Positions 1 through 18,743 of a DNA stretch of 64,000 bases are shown in pieces (within the stretch, counting starts at the first letter, position 1; each line of letters begins with the position of its first letter). The notes beneath the pieces were generated by a model that was not told where the DNA came from, did not search any database, and worked only from the letters and a program-made list of their open reading frames with translations. The position numbers and the translations under genes are program-made. This stretch comes from Nitrospirales bacterium (GTDB lineage: Bacteria > Nitrospirota > Nitrospiria > Nitrospirales > UBA8639), in the NCBI GenBank assembly GCA_965203295.1, contig CBDBCZ010000015.1, positions 96,001 through 160,000 on the forward strand, written 5' to 3'.

Positions 1-49
1 TGTACGTACATAACACCATCTCAGAGTTGTCATTACATCTCGTCCTCAG

Positions 50-3000
50 CCTACCTGAGCAGTCTCCTGTCTTTGCCAACGTCCATGCCAGAGTGAACCT
101 CCTGGCTTCAAGGTGGGTGCTGGATGGTACACAAAGTAAAGTCTCAAGCTCTTCATTACCATTTCCTCGCCCACAGTTCTAGGAATACATGTTTTTTTTT
201 GCTGAAAAAATGTAGTAATATACCTTAGACCAGCACTGGCTGCTGCGTGAAGGTCGGGCCCAAACCAAAATATGTCTTAAAGTAGTGGAGGGTGATAATA
301 CCCAGCCATTCACTAAGACTGGGGAGGTCTGTATAAAACTAATTAGGGCCGACTACACCAGACAAGCGTACTGAAGCTCCACCAAGAGGTGACATACCTG
401 TTAGGCATGCGGTCCTCTTTCATTTGCATTATGCAGACTTCAAGAGCTGGAGGCTCCCACAGAGGAGATTGATCTGGGTACAGAGTTGCAGCAGCAACCA
501 CGCCCACAGCCACACCCACACCAACAAGAAAGAAGGGAGGTCACTGTGGAACTTCATTCCCCGTTAGTCTAAACTCTTTGTAGCCACTGTTTGTGTGGAC
601 AACATACATTATTTTTTATTTGAGATGATAGCCAGCTCAAACAATCAGGTTCAGCTTACGTATGTAGAACCATTACTGTACAACCTGATCTAGATGACTC
701 ACTGACTCTTTCTTCATTCTATAGGGTAACAGCAGGTGCACCACAATCATCAGGTTAGTGAAATAGAATAAGCACCTGTTTCCGGTTTTGATTAATTAGC
801 GATGTGTATGATTAAGGGTCCTCTAGCAGGATAACTGGTAAGAAACTGTAATTATAGTTCTCATTAGGAAGAAAATAAGTTGTGAACTGGATAGGATGTT
901 TACTTTTGATATGTGCACTCAAAATTAAACCAATACATTTGATTTCTAGGACACAATGCAGCCCCACTCTCTATCTAAATGTGCATGTACAGGGAATTTA
1001 TGCATGCATGCATAACTGACAAATGAAACATCATACAAACCTGCCAATTAGCCTGCAGTCATAGAGTAAGTCTATGCTAAGTAGATCAGGAGAAAATGTA
1101 AGAGAGGGTGTAGTTTTTGAAGCCCCTATTAATTAACCCTTTATTACCGGTCAGGCCTGCCACCATGAGCACTCACATGAGCCCTCATATGTTACAAGAG
1201 AACAATGCCAGTACTATTCCTGAGCAGACGAGAATGATGCTTGTAGCCTCGTTCCCATGCCCCTGCCTGCTTCATTGACACAAAGAACTCTTCACTTCAC
1301 CTCCGTGCAACCAATTAGAGCGAGGGTCTGGGAACAGGCTATGCTGCTTGTACCACTGTCACCTACTTTTGATATGTGCTCTCAAAATTTAATTTTCTGA
1401 TACTTCCGATAACTAGGACCCAATCCAGCTCTAGCCTCAGTCCCAAGCTCTCATCCAGCTTTTCGTCACTTGCAGTATGGAAAAGTGCTTTAGAACTCTT
1501 CACTTCACCTCCGTGCAACCAATTAAAGCGAGGGTCTGGGAACAGGCTATATGGTGCTTGTACCACTGTCACATACTTTTGATATGTGCTCTCGAAATTT
1601 AATTTTCTGATACTTCCGATAACTAGGACCCAATCCAGCTCTAGCCTCAGTCCCAAGCTCTCATCCAGCTTTTCAGTATGGAAAAGTGCTTTAGAACTCT
1701 TCACTTCACCTCCGTGCAACCAATTAAAGCGAGGGTCTGGGAACAGGCTATGGTGCTTGTACCACTGTCATTTAATTCACTGTTGTGTTTTTCTTATTAG
1801 AGCCCTCCAGCGTTGCTGTGGAGGTGGACCATCACATGAGGGAGCAGCTTGAGAGTCGTGTGGAGGAGTTGCGAGGGGAGAAACAGCAGCTGCAGGCACA
1901 GGTCCTCAAGCTCACAGAGCTACTATCACAAGCACCCAAGGTACGTGTACAGTATCACTGGATACACAAGCTACGTAGCTCACAGAGCTGCTATCACAAG
2001 CACCCAAGGTACGTGTACAGTATCACTGGATACACAAGCTACGTACGTAGCTCTAAAACCAAGACTTAGCCCTGTGTCAGTTGGGAAGAAACAATTACGT
2101 CAACGATGTTAGATAATGCGTATATATTTGTACTGTTATTTCCTTGGCAAATGACGTTTCCATGCATGAATTATATGTTACGCACAGTAACCTAGTTCCT
2201 CCAGACTCAGGTGTCGAATTCTCTTGTCTAATTTGGTGCATGCATGCAACTGGAGTACTGAATCTAAGACACCTGTCAGTTGTCCTTAATCATCCTTTAC
2301 AATTAGGAACTGCCTCCGAAGATTGTCAAAGTTCCTGTTCCTGTGCCAGTCACTCCAAAGACACCAGGTACTTTTGACATAGCAACATAGCTCCCTAATT
2401 GTGTCAGTCAATGGTCCACTTAATTCTTTCACTTCAGTGATTGATCTACAAACACAAACTGACGCCCTAGCTGAGCCAACCCTTCCTGAGGTCCCCCGGG
2501 GTGTGAGCTCTCTGGAGCAGTGGGCCCACCCCTTTGGAGGGGAGGAGCAGGAGATGGAGGCTATGGTGGCTGAGCTATTGAGTGCTTTCCCCAGTCAGAC
2601 CTCTGAGAGTGAGCTAGAGGGTGGGGCGAGGGGTGTGCTGTGTCAGAGAGTGAGCTAGAGGGTGGGGCGAGGGGTGTGCTGTGTCAGAGAGTGAGCTAGG
2701 GGGTGGGGCGAGGGGTGTGCTGTGTCTGGGAGTGAGCTAGGGGGTGGGGCGAGGGGTGTCTGTGTCTGAGAGTGAGCTAGGGGGTGGGGCGAGGGGTGTG
2801 CTGTGTCTGAGAGTGAAGTAGGGGGTGGTGTGTGAGGGGTGTGCTGTGTCTGAGAGTGAAGTAGGGGGTGGTGTGTGAGGGGTGTGCTGTGTCTGAGAGT
2901 GAAGTAGGGGGTGGTGTGTGAGGAGTGTGCTGTGTCTGAGAGTGAGCTAGGGGGTGGGGCGAGGGGTGTGCTGTGTCTGGGAGTGAGCTAGGGGGTGGGG

Positions 3001-3924
3001 CGAGGGGTGTGCTGTGTCTGAGAGTGAGCTAGGGGGTGGGGCGAGGTGTGTGCTGTGTCTGGGAGTGAGCTAGGGGGTGGGGCGAGGGGTGTGCTGTGTC
3101 TGAGAGTGAGCTAGGGGGTGGGGCGAGGGGTGTGCTGTGTCTGAGAGTGAGCTAGGGGGTGGTGTGTGAGGAGTGTGCTGTGTCTGAGAGTGAGCTAGGG
3201 GGTGGGGCAAGGGGTGTGCTGTGTCTGAGAGTGAGCTAGGGGGTGGTGTGTGAGGGGTGTGCTGTGTCTGGGAGTGAGCTAGGGGGTGGTTGTGAGGAGT
3301 GTGCTGTGTCTGAGAGTGAGCTAGGGGGTGGTGTGTGAGGGGTGTGCTGTGTCTGAGAGTGAGCTAGGGGGTGGTGTGTGAGGAGTGTGCTGTGTCTGAG
3401 AGTGAGCTAGGGGGTGGTGTGTGGGGAGTGTGCTGTGTCTGAGAGTGAGCTAGGGGGTGGTGTGTGAGGAGTGTGCTGTGTCTGAGAGTGAGCTAGGGAG
3501 TGGGGCGAGGGGTGTGCTGTGTCTGAGAGTGAGCTAGGGGGTGGGGCGAGGGGTGTGCTGTGTCTGGGAGTGAGCTAGGGGGTGGGGCGAGGGGTGTGCT
3601 GTGTCTGGGAGTGAGCTAGGGGTGGGGCGAGGGGTGTGCTGTGTCTGAGAGTGAGCTAGGGGTGGGGCGAGGGGTGTGCTGTGTCTGGGAGTGAGCTAGG
3701 GGGTGGGGCGAGGGGTGTGCTGTGTCTGAGAGTGAGCTAGGGGGTGGGGCGAGGGGTGTGCTGTGTCGCCTGTCAGTACAGGTTGTCGTGTGAGCGTCTC
3801 GTTAATATTACTATCATTCTTCCCCCAGCGATGGCATGCGACCTGGGCAGTGAGCTGTTCATTGCGGCCAGGGTGATCGGCTCTACACTGAGTTCCATGG
3901 TGGAACAAGTGGCTATCTCACAAG
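50..3924 (+). CDS. 3' portion of an unidentified spliced gene (coiled-coil and Pro/Gln-rich protein); begins before the window, terminal exon not resolved
   Basis: A phase-consistent GT-AG exon chain (~50-112, 437-562, 725-752, 1801-1940, 2307-2367, 2438-2608, 3829-3924) translates without stops: LPEQSPVFANVHARVNLLASR-LQELEAPTEE...-MREQLESRVEELRGEKQQLQAQVLKLTELLSQAPK-ELPPKIVKVP...-TMACDLGSELFIAARVIG. I did not recognise the family. Confidence 0.7.
1244..1341. mobile_element. Short palindromic MITE with TAG...CTA termini (Academ-like) and 9-bp TSD
   Basis: Ends TAGCCTCGTTCCCA ... TGGGAACAGGCTA; flanks tgatgcttg / tgctgcttg (8/9 match). Related copies at 5499-5566, 32631-32665, ~33798-33920, ~55193-55262 and ~57192-57245. 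Confidence 0.6.
1284..1770. repeat. Intronic tandem duplication, ~205-bp unit x ~2.4
   Basis: agaactcttcacttcacctccgtgcaaccaatta recurs at ~1284, ~1492 and ~1693 with near-identical intervening sequence. Confidence 0.9.
1912..2041. repeat. Tandem duplication (~67 bp x2) spanning an exon end and its donor site
   Basis: ctcacagagct(a/g)ctatcacaagcacccaag|gtacgtgtacagtatcactggatacacaagctacgta occurs twice. Confidence 0.85.
2602..3767. repeat. G-rich minisatellite, 41-42-bp unit, ~28 copies
   Basis: Unit gagagtgagctagggggtggggcgaggggtgtgctgtgtct, with variants such as ggtgtgtgagg and gaagtagg. Confidence 0.95.
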
Positions 3925-4092
3925 GTGTGTGTATATACATGTACATGTAGCTGATCCACAGTGTACAGTTTTCGCAGCCCACACTGTTTTCAGCTATATA
4001 TGGTTCAGAGGATTGAGAATGTGGTTGCAGTTCTGTCTTCAGAGGTGGGAATCCTGAAAACTTCCTAATCACTGAATTCATGGGGGGGGGGG

Positions 4093-4217
4093 TTTCGGTC
4101 AAATTAGATTCAAAGCTGTACTTTTTCGGTCAAATTAGATTCAAAGCTGTACTTTTTCGGTCAAATTAGATTCAAAGCTGTACTTTTTCGGTCAAATTAG
4201 ATTCAAAGCTGTACTTA
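4093..4217. repeat. Tandem repeat, ~31-bp unit x4
   Basis: tttcggtcaaattagattcaaagctgtactt repeated four times. Confidence 0.9.
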
Positions 4218-4838
4218 GATTTTTGTGTTGAGAACATGCTCTAACTTAAGACATACTCTGCAACAGCTAGCAATAGATTTGGGACCACTATAAGGAATTG
4301 AACTATCAGCCAGCATGTACTACAACGCTAGACTTTAGACTTTATGGCACGCTAGACTTTATGGGACACCTGCTATTTGTCTATATGCAGAAGTTGCCCA
4401 ATAGAGAGATGAAGAGGACATCAAAGAACAGTCGTTAGCAAACAGCTAATTTAAAACTGCTTTTCAGTTTTCACCCCCAGCCACAATAGATCGAGACAGA
4501 TGTTAATGCCATCCATACCATATGTTGTTTGTACGTTAAGTGTGATACATGCATGTTAATTTATGTACCTAAATACCATCGAGCATAAATTAATTATTTA
4601 TAAGCAGTACCCACTCCTCCATGCCAACTTCCTGTAGTAGGCAGAGTAACAGTAGTACGTAACTGCCCATACATTCAAGTGGGTAACATCGCAATGCAAG
4701 TGCAAGGATTTAGCCAATACACTCAAACCAAAGAAAACCAAACACTACCGCAGACAGCAGGGGGGGGGGGGTCCTTTCTTACAATACTAAAGGAACAATT
4801 CCCTAGCTATCTGTACAAACATAATCCAGTTGTGCAAG

Positions 4839-12303
<7,465 letters not shown>

Positions 12304-12762
12304 CGTATATTACGGCGTATATGTACCGACATCAAATTCCAAATACTGCACACACTTCAATCCACTCTAAGCCCCTCCCACTTTGCATCTCAACATAATA
12401 ATTGTGCGTGCCCACATAGAAGCACGGTTCCGCGTCGTAAAATCGCTCGCAATCAAGTCGATGATCGCTTTTATACATTACCGACTTATTAGCGAGCTGT
12501 TGTATCCTACCGGACCATAAACGGATCTATGATATCTTATTATTTTTTACGTAAGTTAGTAATAGAAGATCCGTTGCGTGCTAATGACATTCCGAACCCG
12601 CTGGAGGCGTGCATGCGCATGTAGGTACATGCGCAGCAACCGAAAGAATTTCATCATCACAGAACGAACAACTGAAGTATTATCAGCATCATACTCGTCT
12701 GAAAATAATCACAGAACGAACAACTGAAGTATTATCTGCTTCATTCTCGTCTGAAAATAGCT
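12304..12762. promoter_or_regulatory. Putative bidirectional promoter between HSDL2 and RTK-1
   Basis: Head-to-head start codons (12303 on -, 12763 on +) are ~460 bp apart; the interval is visibly CpG-richer than its flanks; ~52-bp tandem duplication at ~12656-12759. Confidence 0.55.
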
Positions 12763-15700
12763 ATGGTAACCACAGAAGCAATTCTTCTGGTGACGTTTTA
12801 TGCTATAGCAGGTGAGTAGATGCACGTTGGGTCGATGAATGATTGAGAGACGATGATTTTTATCAGCTATAAAATCCACATTGATTTAAATATGTATATT
12901 GTGCATGCTTCCAGAATACATAAGTCTTACATAGGGGGGCTACTAGCTAATAGCTAACTGCACTTGTCTGGCATGCAGGTAGACTTGCCAATGCAGAATG
13001 TGAGTTTGGCACTAAGCCTATCGAACAGTCGACTTTCTACAATATTGGAGGACAGTATCTGGACCTCAACAATCCGGCAACATGTAATCGGAACATTACA
13101 TCCTGGCACTACTGCTACTACTCTGAGGGTATAACGGAAGATGGAGATTACAATGTCTGGTTTCGAATATGGAGCTCTGAAGATGGAACTACATACTCTC
13201 GGCAAAGAGATGACCTAATGAGCGTGCAGCTACAACCACAGACAAGCTCTGGACTGATTTGCAACAATTTTACATTGCCACAGCCGATTGAAATACTGCA
13301 AGGTGACATCATTGGTGTCTACATTCCCGATGGTAACCTTCCGAACACTCAACCTCAGACTCCGCTTCATATCACTGCTAACACTGCCAATGAAACGGTG
13401 TACAGTCTATATTATGATACAAGAATTAGGAATAGACCATTTAGACGGAACAATGTTGATGTGAATGACCTAATGGAGATGCGTGGGCTAGCTCTACATC
13501 TTTATGCCAACATTGGTGAGTTGCTATCCATGCACTAGTAAATGGTAATTGAGACACCATAATTATGCTGATTTAGCTGTTTATTCTCTCCTATTAACAG
13601 ATCTTGAGACCCAGGTCTCACCAACTGTCACACTAACTAGTCTACTATCACAGTCAAGTACCCAGCCTCATTCAAGTGCAGTATCAATGGTAGTCGGAGG
13701 TAGTGGAGTACCAACATCAGGCGGTAGTCTAAGTGCTGGAGCTATTGCAGCAATTATAGTTGTTGTCATCCTGGTCATGCTGTTGTCGTCGATTTTCATC
13801 ATTGTTGGGATTATAGTTTGGAAAAGGCGAAGACAAAATCTATCGAAGGAAAGATGGAACAGTACATTCTCTATAGGTAAGAATACTGGATATTCACCTT
13901 AATTAGGAATAAGAGATTGAAATGTGATAGTGGTAATATTATAATTATACACTCAATTAATGAAGAATCTGCACCAGCCTCTTGTGCACTATATGCCAGT
14001 TCACTGCATGTACAGTATAACCTATAGATTTTTGTTTAGACAACGCTGTGTATGAAGTTCCCATCCGAGGAAATGCTTCTCCATCGAGAAAGAAGAGTAC
14101 AAAGGGAGCAGAAGATTATGAGATTCCTATTAACTCAAAGGTCCTGGAGACTAATTGGTCTTCCTTTGAAGATGATCCAGAAGTGGATGAGTATGAGCAT
14201 ATGGAGGGAGGTGAATCCAATGCTCCAAGTGGAACAATTAGCGAACAAACACACCAACAGAACATTTATGTGGTATGGGGCTTCTGTTTGGATTATCAGT
14301 AACAAAGTGGTTTTACAGTCTATTGCCTTTTCTATAGGAATCAACTGATCTATTTGATATCTATGCATCTTTTGGGCCAACAAACTCAGAATATTGCAAA
14401 TATATGGAGCAGGTAGGTAAACTTAGATGTGTGCGTGGCTATACAGCAGTATATACTCATCAACCTCTAATTTGACATGTCAAGGTTGCTGTGAATGTAT
14501 GTTTCAAAAATTCTGGAAATTTGATAGTATGGCTAACAGGTCCATATCAGTCTTATTGAATTAGAATGATATACTTAAGATTTTACCGAATTTAGCATTA
14601 AGGTTGTGTGCAATTGGGAAAGACTACAGCGCACTGGTAATGTAATACATGTTTGTGATGCATGATGCATGATCTTCTTACATAGTTGATTATCCATAAT
14701 TGGTGTTTGAAACATAATCATGATAAATGAAGCTTGTCAAGTGGTACCTAGACAGTGGTTACATTGTATTTGTGCATGTCCTCAGTATCTGACAAGCTGG
14801 GCACATGCATTAACGTGCATAGTCCTGAACAGCTTGACCACATAATTAATGATAACCAGGTGCATAGCAAATTTGTGATAAGAAACCATGAATGAATTGT
14901 ATGTGGTTAATCAAAATGAGGCACTGATTGTTGTGTATATATTGAACACACAAATTTCCAGCTATACGCTACCATGTTTATACATAGAGTCTTTCAAATT
15001 GGTATTAATAGGCAACATCAGTAACAGGTGGTGATAAGGAGTCTGACCTGTACTGTGCTCCACCAACTAATGAGGAAGAACTCTATGAAGAACTCTCCAA
15101 CCAACGTATCAGAGTAATTCAAAGGGAATCTATTGAGTATGTTTCAATCAGTCAGTAAACAAAATGTTGTTCAAGCCTCTGTATTGCTACACGCACCTTA
15201 TGGTAGCGTGTTTTGACGGTTTAGTGGTTGCATATGTCAGAGCATGTTTATACAGTGTGGACTCTGTTTTCTCATATGTTCATAGTGAGCAACAAAGGAA
15301 AAATTTGGTATTCTTTACACTCTAAAACATGTTTCGACTGTTTAGTGGTTACCCTGATTTTAGCCGTTTGAGGCTTCTACTAAGTCTTGAGATGTGCAAA
15401 TGGTAAAAGGAGTTTCACGGAGGTCTGAAAGTATAGAAGTATAGTCTAGTTTCAGTAACATATAGACTTGAAAAGATGTACAAATTAATGATGCTAAATA
15501 CTCTAATTTCACTGATGTTTGAAAATGCAGAAGTTAGACGTCAATGAAGTTTGTGTGTATGATAGACTGTTGTTACCACACTCAAAAAGAGATGTACAAC
15601 TAAGAAGCAACATTCCCTGCTCAGCAATTGGTTTCCATAAACATCTGTAATTCAAAAAACCACTAAGTGGTCAAACATGTACCCAATGAGTAGAACATGT

Positions 15701-18097
15701 TATTAACACCTGCTCTGAAACTTCAAGAAGCAAGCCTGCAGCTGTGTAGCTAGTACACGTATCAGATAGAAGTCATTATGCCATCAGGCACGGGCCTACA
15801 AAATAGATTTCTCGGTCACTTTCAAAATTCCCAATTTAAATGGTCAATCTCCATCACTCATGCAGGATAACATCCCACCTAGGATCGGGCCAGTTTGCAA
15901 ACGTAGAGAAAGGTGTGTGGAAGAGTCCTAATGGCATTACACTGGAAGTTGCAGTAAAATGTCTGTCCAGTAACACTTCCTCGTTGGATAAAATCAAGTT
16001 TCTTCAGGAAGCAGCCATTATGGGCCAATTCCAGCACCCTAATGTTGTTCGGATCAATGGAGTAGTGATGGACAAGGAAACAGTGAGTAAAAAAAAAGAA
16101 GTTGAAATTGGTTTAAACATGTATAATGTTATCATTCAATGCTGTATAGCCTATGCTCGTAATTGAGTACCTGTCCAGAGGGGCCCTCCTGAGCTGTCTG
16201 CGTGAAATGAGACCAGAGTGAGTCAAAAACTGGGCTGCAGCATTTTGATATATTAACCAATAACCCCACATCCTACTTCCTTTAGAGATGGAGAGCTTGT
16301 ACCTGCAAACACTGCCCAGCTCCTCCTTACCTACTCACAGCAAATTGCTTTTGGGATGCACTACCTGAGTAGCAAAGCATTCGTCCACAGGGATCTGGCT
16401 GCTAGGAACATTTTTGTCTCGAAAGATAGCATGTGCAAGGTACAATCTGTTGTTTTTTGATTGTTTAGCTACAATATGGTAATGTTAATGCAAATAGGTG
16501 TATACAGTATGGCCATGACGTGAAGGGAGAGCCTAGGAATAAGGTATATCTACACCTACATCTCTTCAAATTACCCCCTTGGTATTGTACATGCTAATTA
16601 GCAATAAACGTAACAAACAAGAGCACGAGAGATATGACGAGCAACAAATATGAGAGATGTTAGAAAGTGCAGGCTCTATTTGAGCAGCCTATGGACTGAG
16701 CTCACCCTTGCTACCCATCATCTATGAGACCACTCTGCATGTTGAGCATTCCGAAGCGCCATTTCAGTAGGGCTGTGCCCTTGTTAGGTAAATTTTATTA
16801 TGTCAGTGCAGACCCTTATTTGCATGTACATTAAACAATTTGGGTAGTCAGTCATACAGGTGTTGGAAATTAGAGTGTCATAATCTTTAACCGGATATAT
16901 AACCTTGTATACTGATCATGCAGGCACAACATAGTCACCCAACCAAATAGTACTAGTGTCAGTTTTATACTTCCTAGTCATAGTCCTATGAGCTTTACCT
17001 TAAGCTTTAATCTAGCTATGACTTAGTGACATGCCTAAAAACCTAGCCTATACTCATAAGCCCCTTACTGTTGTATAGAGTGTAGTATAACCCAACTGCA
17101 ACATGCAGCAGCACTACAGCAGTATTCTCATCTTGCTTGAATACCCCTATAGTCCTTCTTTCATACCAAACCGTATTAACACCTGTTACTGTTTTCCTGC
17201 CCACACTGCTATGTTCACTGCAAAACAGATTGGTGATTTTGGGATGTCTCGGGATTTAGCAGATGCAGAATACTACGTATCTCAGGGAGGAACTGTTCCC
17301 GTGAAATGGACAGCTCCTGAGGCTATCTACTTCAGGAAGTACTCCATCGCCAGTGACATCTGGAGCTATGGATGCCTGCTGTATGAGATCTGGAGCCTGG
17401 GGTGCAAGCCTTTCAAAGGCTACTCTCACACTGAGGTGAAATAGCTAGTATACATTTGCACATGACAGTAAATCTGGAACTGCATGACTGTGCCTTTATG
17501 TTTGATGTTGCGTAGGTTTTGCAAAAGTTAGATTCTGGATTCCGTCTTCCTCCTCCACCTGGATGCCCACGAGTTATCTATGAACTCATGATCAAGTGCT
17601 GGTACGTTATTAAATGTATGCATACACATATATTAGATGCCATATTACTCACTGTTATTCTCCATAGGCACCACACCCCGTCTTTGCGCTCAAACTTCAG
17701 AGACCTCCTAGCTGTATTGGTGGATGATAAGGATGCGGTTCTCAACATACCAGTGGATGATGCTTCCACTAATGAGTATGCCAGCACCTTGGGAGCCAGC
17801 CTTGAAGCTGGGAAGGGCATGTATACCAACCTGCAGCAGGTGTACCTTTCAACTTCAACTGGAGATGTTGGCTTGTCACTTCAGGAGTCACTTCCCTCGA
17901 TCTATACCGCCAGCTGTGACTTTGATGCTATGGAGGGCGTGACTGGGCTGAGAGAAAATATCGATCAACAGGAAAATATATACGATGAGGTTACGGAGAC
18001 CTCTACCCTTCCCCGTCCTGGACAAACAGTAGATGACATTTACAGTGAAATCAATGATCAAGTTGATCCAACTGATGTTGACTATGAAGATATCTGA
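12763..18097 (+). CDS. Receptor tyrosine kinase 1: signal peptide, 4-Cys ectodomain, S/T stalk, TM, Tyr-rich juxtamembrane, Eph-like kinase, Tyr-rich tail; 12 exons
   Basis: Exons 12763-12811, 12979-13515, 13601-13876, 14040-14272, 14338-14412, 15012-15136, 15866-16082, 16150-16217, 16286-16439, 17229-17435, 17516-17601 and 17668-18097 join in phase. Motifs [41 protein letters not shown]. Confidence 0.92.
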
Positions 18098-18743
18098 CGA
18101 TGAAAACTACTTATTCTGTAATCCTAATGTCAGGCAAATAATTTTAGTGTTTATGCAATAGTTGCACATCTTGATATACCTTCAATTAGTCGGTCATACA
18201 GAATGACTATATATTTTTAATTTGGTTTAAACAAACCTTGTATATATATTTTGTAGATTCTAGCTGCGTATCAGTTCAACTGGCTTGTATGTATGTAGCT
18301 GTTAACGATTTCACTATATTATTATAGTTGTGAAAAGTTGCAATGGTTGCAAGAACTGGAAAAGGGACTGGATACAAGGCCAGTTGTAATGTGGCACAGA
18401 AATCTGAGACAGTGTTATATACAGCTGTTCATTCAGTTAGCAGTGACTGTTGGCTAGTGCTACATACATATTAATGATGCTAACAAGATTAATACAATTT
18501 GTGGCATTAATCAGCCTACATCTTTACTACAGTGTTGTGGTTCAAACTTGGCTAGAGAAGTACACAATACTACAGTAATATACAAATAAGGATATGTAAA
18601 TTTCCTTGTACAACTGATGTCTGCCAACATTCCCATACCTGGAAGATGATACATCCTGAGTGCATGTGATCTCAGCTGCTAGTACGTAGTGAACTTTTTA
18701 GCAAGCAACATTGTACTATAGACTTCACTGAGAACCACTGAAG

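Noticed and set aside
1363..1852. Internally repeated ORFs in the ORF track
   Set aside because: They arise from the intronic 205-bp tandem duplication and have no splice or domain support.
2602..3767. CRISPR-like array
   Set aside because: Units are contiguous with no unique spacers, the context is a eukaryotic intron and no cas genes are present; it is a minisatellite.
15866..15910. RTK-1 as a pseudokinase (GSGQFA instead of GxGxFG)
   Set aside because: The third glycine of the loop is commonly substituted, and VAVK, HRD and DFG are intact.
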